Of a stretch of DNA of 64,000 nt, positions 42,943-52,306 are shown one piece after another. The stretch's first letter is position 1, and each line of letters starts with the position of its first letter. Position numbers and translations under genes: made by a program. The notes beneath the pieces are model-generated. The model saw only the letters and a program-made list of their open reading frames with translations, did not search any database and had not been told where the DNA came from. Origin of the DNA: Ignavibacteriales bacterium (GTDB lineage: Bacteria > Bacteroidota > Ignavibacteria > UBA10030 > UBA6906); the NCBI GenBank assembly GCA_037441705.1, contig JBBIRR010000012.1, forward strand, positions 1 to 64,000, given 5' to 3'.

Positions 42943-44142
42943 TCACAGTGCGTTGAGTGTTGCCTGGATGACTTCGTCCGTTCGTTCTTGCATGCGGTGC
43001 AGCAGCTCTTCGGAAGGACGCGCAGCAAGACGTATGGTGGCGCATGCCGTTTTTCCACCATCGAACACAACGTTTTCCATCTCTTCGACGTTGATGTTCG
43101 AAGCCTTCAGGTCACCCAGGATGTTGGCAAGCACGCCCGGCTTGTCGTAGTGACGAACGACGAGCTGCCAGGTGGCGGCGGTTTTCTTCGCGCGGTTGAC
43201 CCAGTTGCGCACGGTTCCCTGCCGGATGTATTCGCGTATGATGGCAACGGTTTCTTCGGCGACGGCATTCTGTGCCTGTTCGGTGGAAGCTCCGATATGG
43301 TGTGTGCCGTAGACGTTGGGCAGAGAAGCAAGCTTGCTCGTGAACGTTCCTGTCTTGTCCTCCGGCTCACCAATGAAGACGTCCGACCCGACGCGAATGC
43401 GCCCGGCAGCGGCGGCCTCGGCCAGCGCCCCCTCGTCCACGACCTCGGCGCGAGAAGTGTTGATGAAGATCGTTCCGGGCTTCATCATCTCGATAATGCT
43501 TCTGTTGATGAGTCCCTTTGTCTCCGGTTTGAGGGCCACATGGACCGAGAGGATATCGCATTGCGTGACAAGGTCCTGAACGGTTCCTGCGAAATCTATC
43601 CCGAGCGCAGCAGCTTTTTCGCGCGTGAGCGACCGTGACCAGCCGATCACGCGCAGGCCGAATGCCTTTGCCCGTGGAATCATTTCCCGCCCGATCTGCC
43701 CCACACCGATCAAGCCGAGTGTTTTGCCGAAAATGCCGTCGGCTTTGGAGTATTCACCCTTGTTCCATTTTCCGGCCCGCAGATCAATCACGTTATCCGC
43801 GATGCGACGATCGAGTGCCAGAAGCAATCCCATGGCAAGCTCCGCTACTGCAATCGAGTTTTTGCCGGGGCAGTTCGTAACATAGATGCCGCGCTCGTTG
43901 GCACTTGCAATATCAATCGTGTTGACTCCCGCGCCTGCCCTAATGATCATCGTCAGGGCCTTTGCCGATGTGATGCAGTCGGCTTTCACCTCGGTGGAGC
44001 GAACGACGAGGATGTTCGAGTCGCCGATATGGGCGCGCAGTTCTTCGGATTTGAGTTTCGGCTTGTACTCAACCTCAACCCCCAATTCCTTGATCTGCTT
44101 GAGGTATGGTTCGGGGAAGGCATCGGCAATCAGGGCTTTCAT
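42943..44142 (-). CDS. D-3-phosphoglycerate dehydrogenase-like 2-hydroxyacid dehydrogenase with ACT domain
   Basis: RAGAGVN, GLIGVGQIG, INTSR, HHIGAST, C-terminal HYDKPGVL ACT domain. Confidence 0.85.
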   Translation of the reverse strand: MKALIADAFPEPYLKQIKELGVEVEYKPKLKSEELRAHIGDSNILVVRSTEVKADCITSAKALTMIIRAGAGVNTIDIASANERGIYVTNCPGKNSIAVAELAMGLLLALDRRIADNVIDLRAGKWNKGEYSKADGIFGKTLGLIGVGQIGREMIPRAKAFGLRVIGWSRSLTREKAAALGIDFAGTVQDLVTQCDILSVHVALKPETKGLINRSIIEMMKPGTIFINTSRAEVVDEGALAEAAAAGRIRVGSDVFIGEPEDKTGTFTSKLASLPNVYGTHHIGASTEQAQNAVAEETVAIIREYIRQGTVRNWVNRAKKTAATWQLVVRHYDKPGVLANILGDLKASNINVEEMENVVFDGGKTACATIRLAARPSEELLHRMQERTDEVIQATLNAL

Positions 44143-44174
44143 GGGTGATCACGTCCTTTGATGATGATGGATGT

Positions 44175-45188
44175 TTATCGCGAATTCCTCACATATTTGA
44201 GAACCGCCCCCGCTTCGATCCCTAACCGGTCGGTCACGACTACGTAAACCCTTCCGTCATCTGACACTGCAACATCGAGCGGCACCATCGAGTACCCACC
44301 TACATCCGGGATGCTGTAGCGGGCGATAGTGCGTTCCGAGAGTGTCGCAATCACTATCAACTCCTGCGTGGCGGGGTCTGTAATATACAAATTTCCCGAT
44401 GCATCCATAGTCGATCCCAGTGCCGCGCCCGTGACAAAGGGCTCGGCCAAGCCATGGCTGAGGTTGGGACTCGACGGTGAATACGAATAGATACGTACAC
44501 GCGCTGGCGTACCCGCAAGGACGAAGGAGGTGAACACCGTGCCGAATCTATCTGCGGCGACGAAATGCGGACCTCGCTCGGCGGGGTTCTGCGGCGTCGA
44601 TGCCGACGATGCAAGGGCAGTTGCCGCTCCTGCCCGAATGCGTACGAGAAAGTTCTCCGGCGTCCCGTAGCAGCCGACGAATACATCGCCCGTCAATGAT
44701 CCGTCAAGATCGCCGAGCAGTTGAACGTCGAGCGTGAGGGCGCCCATCGTACGGGTGTTCACGTCGAAGATCGAAGAGCCGTCAATGGTCGTTCCGTTCA
44801 ACGTTGTGATAATCAGCGCCGTGCCTGTCTGTGGGTTGATGCGGTTGATCGTCAGGTTGTCGATCACGAGGAGCGTGTTGTTCGAGCGATCTATTCCCAT
44901 TCTCGTAGGGAAGGAGAATCCGACAACGGAATCCTGAAGCACACCGTCGGCAGAAAAGCGGCGGACCTTCCCTGCACGTGTATCGGCAACCCACACGTTA
45001 CCGGCGGCGTCCACCGAGATGCCCTGCGGCTGTCTCAGTACGCCAACAGGAACGAACACCGAAGGTAAGGAAAGGAAAGTTGCCTCGGATGGCTGTCCGG
45101 ATTCATTCTTGCAGGATGGGGCAGAGATGATCTGCGCAGCGAACAGTGCTGCTATCAGCGTTCTGCGTGCTGTTGTTTTTCTCGACAT
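44175..45188 (-). CDS. Exported NHL-repeat beta-propeller protein (possible lipoprotein)
   Basis: PQGISVDAAGNVWVADT, DASGNLYITD, PLDVAVSDDGRVYV repeats; Cys after a hydrophobic leader. Confidence 0.7.
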   Translation of the reverse strand: MSRKTTARRTLIAALFAAQIISAPSCKNESGQPSEATFLSLPSVFVPVGVLRQPQGISVDAAGNVWVADTRAGKVRRFSADGVLQDSVVGFSFPTRMGIDRSNNTLLVIDNLTINRINPQTGTALIITTLNGTTIDGSSIFDVNTRTMGALTLDVQLLGDLDGSLTGDVFVGCYGTPENFLVRIRAGAATALASSASTPQNPAERGPHFVAADRFGTVFTSFVLAGTPARVRIYSYSPSSPNLSHGLAEPFVTGAALGSTMDASGNLYITDPATQELIVIATLSERTIARYSIPDVGGYSMVPLDVAVSDDGRVYVVVTDRLGIEAGAVLKYVRNSR

Positions 45189-45489
45189 GATTGCCTTGCA
45201 GCGGCGTGCGTCCATGTTCCGTTATTGAAGATATGAACAAACGGGAGACTCGCAAGCGTCGAGTACGGCGCGTTGATTTTTTCAACTCGCTGCTGCGGTA
45301 CTCTACATAAACCTAACCTGTTGTGCTTAAGGCAGAAAGGCGAACGCGCTGCCCGGCGCTGTTGAGTTTCACACCAACGTCCGGACGATTGCGAAGATGC
45401 ATTGTCGTAAAGAGATTCGGCGTCCTTGCAACGCTCTCGCCATCAACGAGTTACGACACCCGGCAAGATCGAGAAAAATGCTCACGAGC

Positions 45490-45505
45490 TGGCAAACTTC
45501 TTGGA
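45490..45505 (+). promoter_or_regulatory. Putative sigma54-type promoter (-12 variant TTGG) of the redox cluster
   Basis: TGGCAAACTTCTTGGA about 57 nt upstream of ATG 45562; IHF-like CATCAAcgagTTA at 45441-45453. Confidence 0.35.
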
Positions 45506-45561
45506 GCATTCGGAGATGTGGTGATTTCCCAGAACTGACACAGGAAGGAAAGGAGCCGACA

Positions 45562-46203
45562 ATGTCAGTGCTATTAGCTGTCGCGACGGCAATCGTGCTC
45601 GTCATCTGGGGCATAGGACGAAAGCATAAGCCCGCCGACGTCGTGAAGCCGGTGTTTGTGAGGCGCTACATCCATCCCGGCCACACCTGGATGCGGATGA
45701 CGGAGGATGGCGACGTGCTTGTGGGGATCGATGACTTTGCCCAATCGCTGATTGGGACAGTCGACGAGGTGACGTTGCCCCGTTTGCTCAAGCATCTGGA
45801 CCAGGGTGGTGTAGCGTGGCGCGTCAGGCATCGTGAGCGCGTGGTGCCGATGGTCAGTCCGGTCAGCGGACGAGTGATTGACCGAAATGAAATGGTGCTG
45901 CGCGATCCTATGCTCATCAATGCTTCACCCTATGGCGATGGATGGTTGCTTCGCGTTCGACCGAGAAAGCTGAAGGTTCAACTGAACAATCTCTTCGAAG
46001 GAAAAGTCGGCCAGCAGTGGATTGAGATGGCGAGGAGGCAATTGAACCGCCTGTTCAACGGCACACCTGCGCTCATGTATCAGGATGGGGGTGTGATGGT
46101 GAATAATCTCGCCGACCGCTGTTCGGACGAGGAGTGGAGGAAAGTGGCAAAGGAGTTTTTTCTTGTTGAGCCGGACAGTGTACCAGAAACTGTGCATCCA
46201 TAA
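45562..46203 (+). CDS. Membrane-anchored glycine cleavage H-like protein (no canonical lipoyl Lys)
   Basis: AAGGAG SD; N-terminal TM; HPGHTW, GIDDFAQ, SPVSG, SPYGDGWL; ESVK position reads RHRE. Confidence 0.8.
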   Translation: MSVLLAVATAIVLVIWGIGRKHKPADVVKPVFVRRYIHPGHTWMRMTEDGDVLVGIDDFAQSLIGTVDEVTLPRLLKHLDQGGVAWRVRHRERVVPMVSPVSGRVIDRNEMVLRDPMLINASPYGDGWLLRVRPRKLKVQLNNLFEGKVGQQWIEMARRQLNRLFNGTPALMYQDGGVMVNNLADRCSDEEWRKVAKEFFLVEPDSVPETVHP

Positions 46204-46221
46204 CGGGAGTACTGGATCGTC

Positions 46222-47130
46222 ATGACAAAAAACACACGCCGAGATTTTCTCAAAGTAAGCGCCGCTGCCGGGGCTGCCCTTGCCTCAGCGTCGCTGCAGC
46301 CGGCGAAAGCCGGGCCGAAGAACATTCTTTCCCCCGATCGCATGGGCGTCCTCGTGGACACGACGGTTTGCGTCGGCTGCCGCTCATGCGAGTGGGCATG
46401 CAAAGTTGCACACGAGCGACCCACACCGCCGCTGACGGAATATGAGGATACGTCGGTTTTCGCCAGCCAACGCAGACCGGATCCGGAGTCTGTTACGGTG
46501 GTAAACAAGTACGATGAAGCAGGCACGGAAGGAAGCCCGGTGTACGTCAAAGTTCAATGCATGCACTGCGACCATCCATCGTGTGTCTCGGCGTGCATCG
46601 TTGGCGCGTTTACAAAAGAGGAAAACGGTTCGGTCATCTGGGATACGAACAAATGCATCGGCTGTCGGTACTGCATGGTTGCGTGTCCGTTCCAGGTGCC
46701 CGCCTTCGAATTCAACGAAGCGCTGAAGCCCGATGTGGTGAAATGCGATTTTTGTTTTTCGCGAACGAAGGACGGCAAACTCCCCGCATGTGTGGAGACC
46801 TGCCCTGTTGAAGCTCTCACGTACGGTCCTCGAACAGAGTTGATCAAAGTCGCGCGGGAACGCATCCGCCGCTCGCCCGAACGGTATATCAGCCACATCT
46901 ACGGCGAACACGAGGCCGGCGGCACATCCTGGATGTATCTGGCACGCAAGGACTTCGCAAGTCTCGGATTGCCGAACGTCGGGACGCATGCGATGCCGGG
47001 GACCTCGGAGTCTATTCAGCATGGGATTTTTGCGTACTTCATTCCCCCTGTGCTGCTGTACGCCATGTTGGGGGGAGTTATGTGGGCAACACGGCGCAGG
47101 AAAGAATCTGAACACGAGGAGCTCAAATGA
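46222..47130 (+). CDS. HybA/HmcB/NrfC-type Tat-exported 4x[4Fe-4S] subunit (copy 1)
   Basis: TRRDFLK Tat motif; CVGCRSC, CMHC..PSC, CIGCRYC, CDFC...PAC; C-terminal TM. Confidence 0.9.
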   Translation: MTKNTRRDFLKVSAAAGAALASASLQPAKAGPKNILSPDRMGVLVDTTVCVGCRSCEWACKVAHERPTPPLTEYEDTSVFASQRRPDPESVTVVNKYDEAGTEGSPVYVKVQCMHCDHPSCVSACIVGAFTKEENGSVIWDTNKCIGCRYCMVACPFQVPAFEFNEALKPDVVKCDFCFSRTKDGKLPACVETCPVEALTYGPRTELIKVARERIRRSPERYISHIYGEHEAGGTSWMYLARKDFASLGLPNVGTHAMPGTSESIQHGIFAYFIPPVLLYAMLGGVMWATRRRKESEHEELK

Positions 47131-48395
47131 ATTCCGTACATCACAAACCGCAACCGATGACGGCGCCGTTCTTCACGCCGGGAGTGATCGTTCTGATCGT
47201 TCTTGCGCTGAACGGACTCGGCTTTCTTCTGGCGCGATTTCTCTTCGGCATCGGTGCCGTGACGAACTTGAACAATCAATATCCGTGGGGGATCTGGATC
47301 GCGATTGATGTTGCTGCGGGCGTCGCCCTTGCGGCCGGGGGCTTCACCACGGCTGCGCTGGGCCACGTCATGCACAGAGAAGAATACCACGTCGTCGTGC
47401 GACCGGCACTCCTGACCGCCATGCTTGGCTACACGTTCGCTGCTCTTGCCGTGTGCATTGACCTCGGGCGCTGGTACTACATCTGGCACCCGCTGATCAT
47501 GTGGAACGGCAACTCCGCGCTGTTCGAAGTCGGCATGTGCGTGATGATCTACATGACGGTGCTCTACATCGAATTCATTCCCATTGTGGCCGAACGCTTC
47601 GTCGGAAGAATCAATCTGCCGGGCATACTCGCGCGGCTCAACAAGCCGCTCGATGCGATCCTGCGGGCGCTCGACCGCGGCCTCTCCAAAACGATGTTCA
47701 TCTTCATCATCGCGGGCGTGGTTCTTTCCACCCTCCATCAGTCCTCTCTCGGAACGCTGATGATCATAGCGGGACCGAAAGTGCATCCGTTGTGGCAGAC
47801 CCCGATTCTGCCCCTCCTGTTCCTGCTCTCTGCCATCTCGGTCGGTTTTCCGATGGTGATCTTCGAGTCAATGATTGCGTCGCGATCGTTTGGGCTGAAG
47901 CCGGAAATGGATGTGCTGTCTCGTCTTGGGTCCTTCATGGGGCCGCTGTTGAGCATCTACCTTGCCTTCAAGATCGGCGACATGGTGATTCGCGAAAGCT
48001 TCGTGTATCTCGCGGAGATCAATACCGCAAGCGTCATGTTTGCCATCGAGGTTGTTGTCGGCGTGGCGATTCCTTTGCGCATGTTCCTCTCGGAGCCGGT
48101 GATTCGCTCGCCCCTGTGGCTCTTCGTCGCCTCGTGCCTGGTCGTGTTTGGCGTTCTGCTCAACAGAATCAACACATTCATCGTGGCGTATAACCCGCCG
48201 TATGCCGTGAAGCCCTACTTTCCCTCGCTGGGAGAAATCTCGGTGACCGTTGGGTTTGTCTCGCTTCTGGTTCTTCTCTATCGGGTGTACGTGCGCACGT
48301 TCCCCGTCATCAGCGTGGCTGAACCGGTGCCGAAGGCAAGAGTGAAGTATGCGATCCGAAGTCTGCAGGAAGCTCCTGCAGGAGGTCAGTCATGA
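47127..48395 (+). CDS. HybB/HmcC/NrfD-family integral membrane subunit (copy 1)
   Basis: PWGIWIA.D, DLGR, SALFEV, STLHQSSLG, LNRIN; about 10 TM; overlaps the upstream stop (ATGA). Confidence 0.9.
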   Translation: MNSVHHKPQPMTAPFFTPGVIVLIVLALNGLGFLLARFLFGIGAVTNLNNQYPWGIWIAIDVAAGVALAAGGFTTAALGHVMHREEYHVVVRPALLTAMLGYTFAALAVCIDLGRWYYIWHPLIMWNGNSALFEVGMCVMIYMTVLYIEFIPIVAERFVGRINLPGILARLNKPLDAILRALDRGLSKTMFIFIIAGVVLSTLHQSSLGTLMIIAGPKVHPLWQTPILPLLFLLSAISVGFPMVIFESMIASRSFGLKPEMDVLSRLGSFMGPLLSIYLAFKIGDMVIRESFVYLAEINTASVMFAIEVVVGVAIPLRMFLSEPVIRSPLWLFVASCLVVFGVLLNRINTFIVAYNPPYAVKPYFPSLGEISVTVGFVSLLVLLYRVYVRTFPVISVAEPVPKARVKYAIRSLQEAPAGGQS

Positions 48396-49537
48396 AAAGA
48401 ATCGTAATTGGGGCGGTATCGGTATTCGTCGGCATTGCCGCATTCGGCCAGAGCACCGACACCCGAGTGCGGCCGGTGCCCGGCATGACGTGCATGACGT
48501 GCCACAGCGTCGAGGTGCCGACAAAAGAAAACCCGGCGCTTCGCAGTTGCCCGCGCACACTGATGGCAACAGTCAAGCATACGGCCGAGGAAGGTCCGGA
48601 CATCATTGTGATGAATGCGCTCTCGGACAGTGCGAGCCTCTATCTGCCCGTACGCTTCACGCACAAGGCGCACGCGGAGATGTCGGAGATGGCGGGCGGC
48701 TGCACGATGTGCCATCACTACAATCCTCCGGGGCGCGTACTCGGTTGCGGCGAGTGCCACGAAGTGAACAGGCTGCGGACCAACCTCGGACGTCCCGACC
48801 TGAAAGGCGCGTATCATCAGCAGTGCCTGAATTGTCACAAGCGTTGGAGTGAAGATACCGGCTGTCGAAGCTGTCACGCGCTGCGGACTCAAGCGGGGGG
48901 AATTCAGAGCGAGAAGGCGGCGAAGAGCGTTCGCAAGCATCCGGTGGTGGCAAAGCCTGCGCGGGTTGTCCGAGAAACGGCGTACGAAGAAGGGCGCTTT
49001 GTAACTTTCTACCACAACGAACACATCGCCCTTTTTGGTCTGGAATGCGCGGACTGCCATTCCAGTGAGAGTTGTCTGCGCTGCCATCAAAAGGGGAAGC
49101 GTGCATCGGCGCAGCCGGCGGCGGCAAGCCTCGGACACGAATCGTGCGAACGCTGCCACAACGTGAACGAGAACTGCAATCGTTGCCACGATGCTGAACC
49201 AAAGCCCGGCTTCGATCACCAGCGACGCTCCGGCTGGGCATTGAAGCAATATCATGAGCAACTGAACTGCAATCGCTGCCACACAAAGAAAAATGTTTTC
49301 GTCGGTCTCTCAAGCACCTGCACCTCCTGCCACAAGCCGTGGACTCCTGAGAACTTCCGGCATGCTGTGGTAGGGCTGACGTTGGATCAAACACACGCCG
49401 CCCTTAGCTGCGAGGTTTGCCACGCGGACGAGAAGTTTGCAAAACCTTCCTGCGAGGCGTGCCATGAAGGCTACACGTATCCGGAAAAGTCACCCGGCAA
49501 GCGCGTGAAGCGCCTTGCTGTCGCAAAAGGGAAGTGA
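48392..49537 (+). CDS. Periplasmic 13-heme cytochrome c (cytochrome c3/HmcA-like repeats)
   Basis: Signal peptide; 13 CxxCH counted; class III pattern F.H..H...CxxCHH...AYH..CxxCH. Confidence 0.9.
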   Translation: MKRIVIGAVSVFVGIAAFGQSTDTRVRPVPGMTCMTCHSVEVPTKENPALRSCPRTLMATVKHTAEEGPDIIVMNALSDSASLYLPVRFTHKAHAEMSEMAGGCTMCHHYNPPGRVLGCGECHEVNRLRTNLGRPDLKGAYHQQCLNCHKRWSEDTGCRSCHALRTQAGGIQSEKAAKSVRKHPVVAKPARVVRETAYEEGRFVTFYHNEHIALFGLECADCHSSESCLRCHQKGKRASAQPAAASLGHESCERCHNVNENCNRCHDAEPKPGFDHQRRSGWALKQYHEQLNCNRCHTKKNVFVGLSSTCTSCHKPWTPENFRHAVVGLTLDQTHAALSCEVCHADEKFAKPSCEACHEGYTYPEKSPGKRVKRLAVAKGK

Positions 49538-49540
49538 GTC

Positions 49541-51418
49541 GTGAATTCGAAGCTGTTCCGAAAACTTGGCTTTCGCCTGATCGTCGTTGTCAGCATCACG
49601 ACCATCGTGATCATCGGCGTGTATTCGTACTTCAGCATTCGGACGCAGCGGGCAATGCTGCTCGATGAGGTGGAGCGCCATGCGAATCAACTGAGCGAAA
49701 CCGTCAGGAAAAGCACGCGCTACGGCATGTTGGTGAATCAGCGAGAGCAGGTACACAAGATCATTAACGATGTCGGCACCGATCCGGCGATCCATGAGGT
49801 ACGGGTCTTCAACAAAGAAGGCGTCATCATCTACTCGTCGCGACAGGAGAACATCGGCCACGTTGTGGATAAGAACGCGGAAAGCTGCTACAAGTGTCAT
49901 GCAGCGGACCGTCCGCTGGAGCGGCTGCCGGATGTGGAGCGCACCCGGATCTTCCGCGTCCATCCTGACTCGTCGAGGATCCTCGGCGTCATCGCGCCGA
50001 TCTACAACGAGCCTTCATGCTGGCAGGGTGACTGTCATGCACACAGCAGACAGCAATCGGTGCTGGGGGTGTTGGATGTAACGTATTCGCTGGCGGACGT
50101 TGACCGCAAGATTGCGATGAGTCAGGTGGAGCTTGCCGTGTTTGCGCTTGCTGCCATCGTTGCCGTCAGCCTCATCATCATCTTCTTCGTCCGGCGTTGG
50201 GTGGTGGTTCCCGTCGACGCGCTTGTCGCGGCGACGCAGCAGGTAGGCAGCGGCAATCTGAGCTACCGCATCGGCGAAATGGGAGACAATGAACTCGGAA
50301 TGCTGGCGCGATCGTTCAACACTATGACGCAGAAACTCTCCGAGGCGCGCCTGCAGCTGTTCCAATCCGACAAGATGGCCTCGCTCGGCCGCCTTGCGGC
50401 AGGAGTTGCACACGAACTGAACAATCCGCTTACCGGCGTCCTCACATATAGTTCGTTCCTTCTCAAGCGAGCGAATAACGATCCCGCGCTGCGCTCCGAC
50501 CTGGAAGTGATCGTCCGCGAGACGACGCGCAGCCGTGAGATCGTAAAGAGTCTGTTAGACTTTGCACGTCAATCCGTTCCGAAGAAGTCGCCTGCGAATC
50601 TCAATCAGATTGCCGAACGGGCCATCGCCGTCGTGGAAAAACTCCCCGCACTGCGCGGGATCAGGATCATCCGTCAGTTCGATGAGAACCTGCCGGAAGT
50701 GACGGTGGATGCGAATCAAATGCAGCAGGTATTCACCAACCTGCTGGTGAACGCGGCGGATGCGATTGGGGACAAGAGCGGCACCATCACCATCGGCACG
50801 AAGCTTTCCACACTTCCGCCGTATGGGGTTGCCCGCATCAGGAAAGCCCTCTGCCCCAAGCGCCACGACTTGATGGACGAAGAATGCAAGATTGACGGGT
50901 TGCCTTCCATCAGAGTGAAGTCCCGCTGGAACGGCAACGAAGGCTTCATTCATCTCGACCCCGTCTATGGCAAGCGTCGGCACGAGTACGGCTACCCCGT
51001 ACCAGCAGGCAAAGAAGTAGAAGTCGCTTGCCCGCATTGCGGCGCTACGCTCATCGAGCGTGATGTGAAGTGTCCGCAGTGCGGCGCATCGAGCTTTGCC
51101 TTTGAAGTTCCACCGGCGGGAAAATTCAGAGCATGTGCGCGCAAGGATTGTGAGTGGCAGCGATGGGATGCGCTGGAGGCAGACGGCAAGCAGGAGTATG
51201 TAGAAGTGACGGTCAGCGACACCGGAGCGGGAATACCGGAAGAGCATCTAGGAAAAATCTTCGAGCCGTTCTTCTCAACAAAAGGACAAAAAGGAACGGG
51301 GCTGGGACTGGCGGTGATCTGGGGGATCATTGATAATCATAACGGAACGATTCGCGTGCAAAGCGAAGTGGGAAAGGGGACGACATTCACAATCCGGCTG
51401 CCGCTGCAGCAGAGGTGA
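49541..51418 (+). CDS. Sensor histidine kinase: periplasmic heme-motif domain, HAMP, HisKA, HATPase with Cys-rich insert
   Basis: Two TM; CYKCH and CWQGDCH; VAHELNNP; NAADA...DTGAG...FFSTK..GTGLGL. Confidence 0.92.
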   Translation: MNSKLFRKLGFRLIVVVSITTIVIIGVYSYFSIRTQRAMLLDEVERHANQLSETVRKSTRYGMLVNQREQVHKIINDVGTDPAIHEVRVFNKEGVIIYSSRQENIGHVVDKNAESCYKCHAADRPLERLPDVERTRIFRVHPDSSRILGVIAPIYNEPSCWQGDCHAHSRQQSVLGVLDVTYSLADVDRKIAMSQVELAVFALAAIVAVSLIIIFFVRRWVVVPVDALVAATQQVGSGNLSYRIGEMGDNELGMLARSFNTMTQKLSEARLQLFQSDKMASLGRLAAGVAHELNNPLTGVLTYSSFLLKRANNDPALRSDLEVIVRETTRSREIVKSLLDFARQSVPKKSPANLNQIAERAIAVVEKLPALRGIRIIRQFDENLPEVTVDANQMQQVFTNLLVNAADAIGDKSGTITIGTKLSTLPPYGVARIRKALCPKRHDLMDEECKIDGLPSIRVKSRWNGNEGFIHLDPVYGKRRHEYGYPVPAGKEVEVACPHCGATLIERDVKCPQCGASSFAFEVPPAGKFRACARKDCEWQRWDALEADGKQEYVEVTVSDTGAGIPEEHLGKIFEPFFSTKGQKGTGLGLAVIWGIIDNHNGTIRVQSEVGKGTTFTIRLPLQQR

Positions 51419-51424
51419 CGTGCC

Positions 51425-52204
51425 ATGAGCAAGCAATACGATCTGTTGGTGATTGATGATGAACCGGTGGTGTTGGATGCGGTCGTCAGAGTGTGCGGCG
51501 CGCATGGGATCAGTGTTGATGGTGCCTCCGATTCCCACGCGGGTCTGCGCCGCCTGCAGGCCAATCGGTATCGGCTCGTCCTGTGCGACATCATGATGCC
51601 CGACCTCGACGGCTTCCAACTTCTCAGCCGCATGCTGACGCAATCGCCCGATACGCCGGTGGTGATGACCACGGGGTACTCCACCATCGAGCACGCCGTC
51701 CGCTCGCTCAGCAGCGGAGCGATCGGCTATCTCCCCAAACCATTCACAGAAGAAGAACTCATCAGTACCGTTCAACGGGGTTTGAACTTCTCCACGATGA
51801 TACGTGCAGGAAACCTCGATGCCGCCTGCCCGGACCACTACTACGCGCTCGGCTTCATCAGCTGGGCAAAATTGGAGGAGACAGGAGCAGCCCTCATCGG
51901 TGCAGCCGATCTCTTCCTCAAAGCGATCGGGACAGTGAAGGAAGTACGTTTAATCTCACCTCAGGAAGAAATTGTGCAGGGGACAACATGTGCACGCATC
52001 GCTTCGATGACCGACCTGCTGCACGACGTGCTCGCTCCGATCAGCGGCAAGATTTTGGAAATCAACACAAAACTGCAGACTGATGTGGGCATCCTGCAGC
52101 ACGATCCGTATGGGCAAGGCTGGCTCTACCGGGTTGTTCCAGAAGATATTGAATACGAGATCAAACAACTTTCTGTTGGCGGGTTGGTGGAGAATAAAGA
52201 ATGA
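51425..52204 (+). CDS. Response regulator, REC fused to GcvH-like domain
   Basis: IDDE, CDIMMP, TGYS, PKPF; then APISGKILEIN...DPYGQGWL. Confidence 0.88.
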   Translation: MSKQYDLLVIDDEPVVLDAVVRVCGAHGISVDGASDSHAGLRRLQANRYRLVLCDIMMPDLDGFQLLSRMLTQSPDTPVVMTTGYSTIEHAVRSLSSGAIGYLPKPFTEEELISTVQRGLNFSTMIRAGNLDAACPDHYYALGFISWAKLEETGAALIGAADLFLKAIGTVKEVRLISPQEEIVQGTTCARIASMTDLLHDVLAPISGKILEINTKLQTDVGILQHDPYGQGWLYRVVPEDIEYEIKQLSVGGLVENKE

Positions 52205-52306
52205 GCAGCGGATGTTTTTTGTCGTGCAGATTCTCTGGAGTCCCTCTTCCTATGAGAGAGGAGGAAGGGTGAGGCTGTAAAGAACCAAACTCAGGAGACA
52301 TGAACT

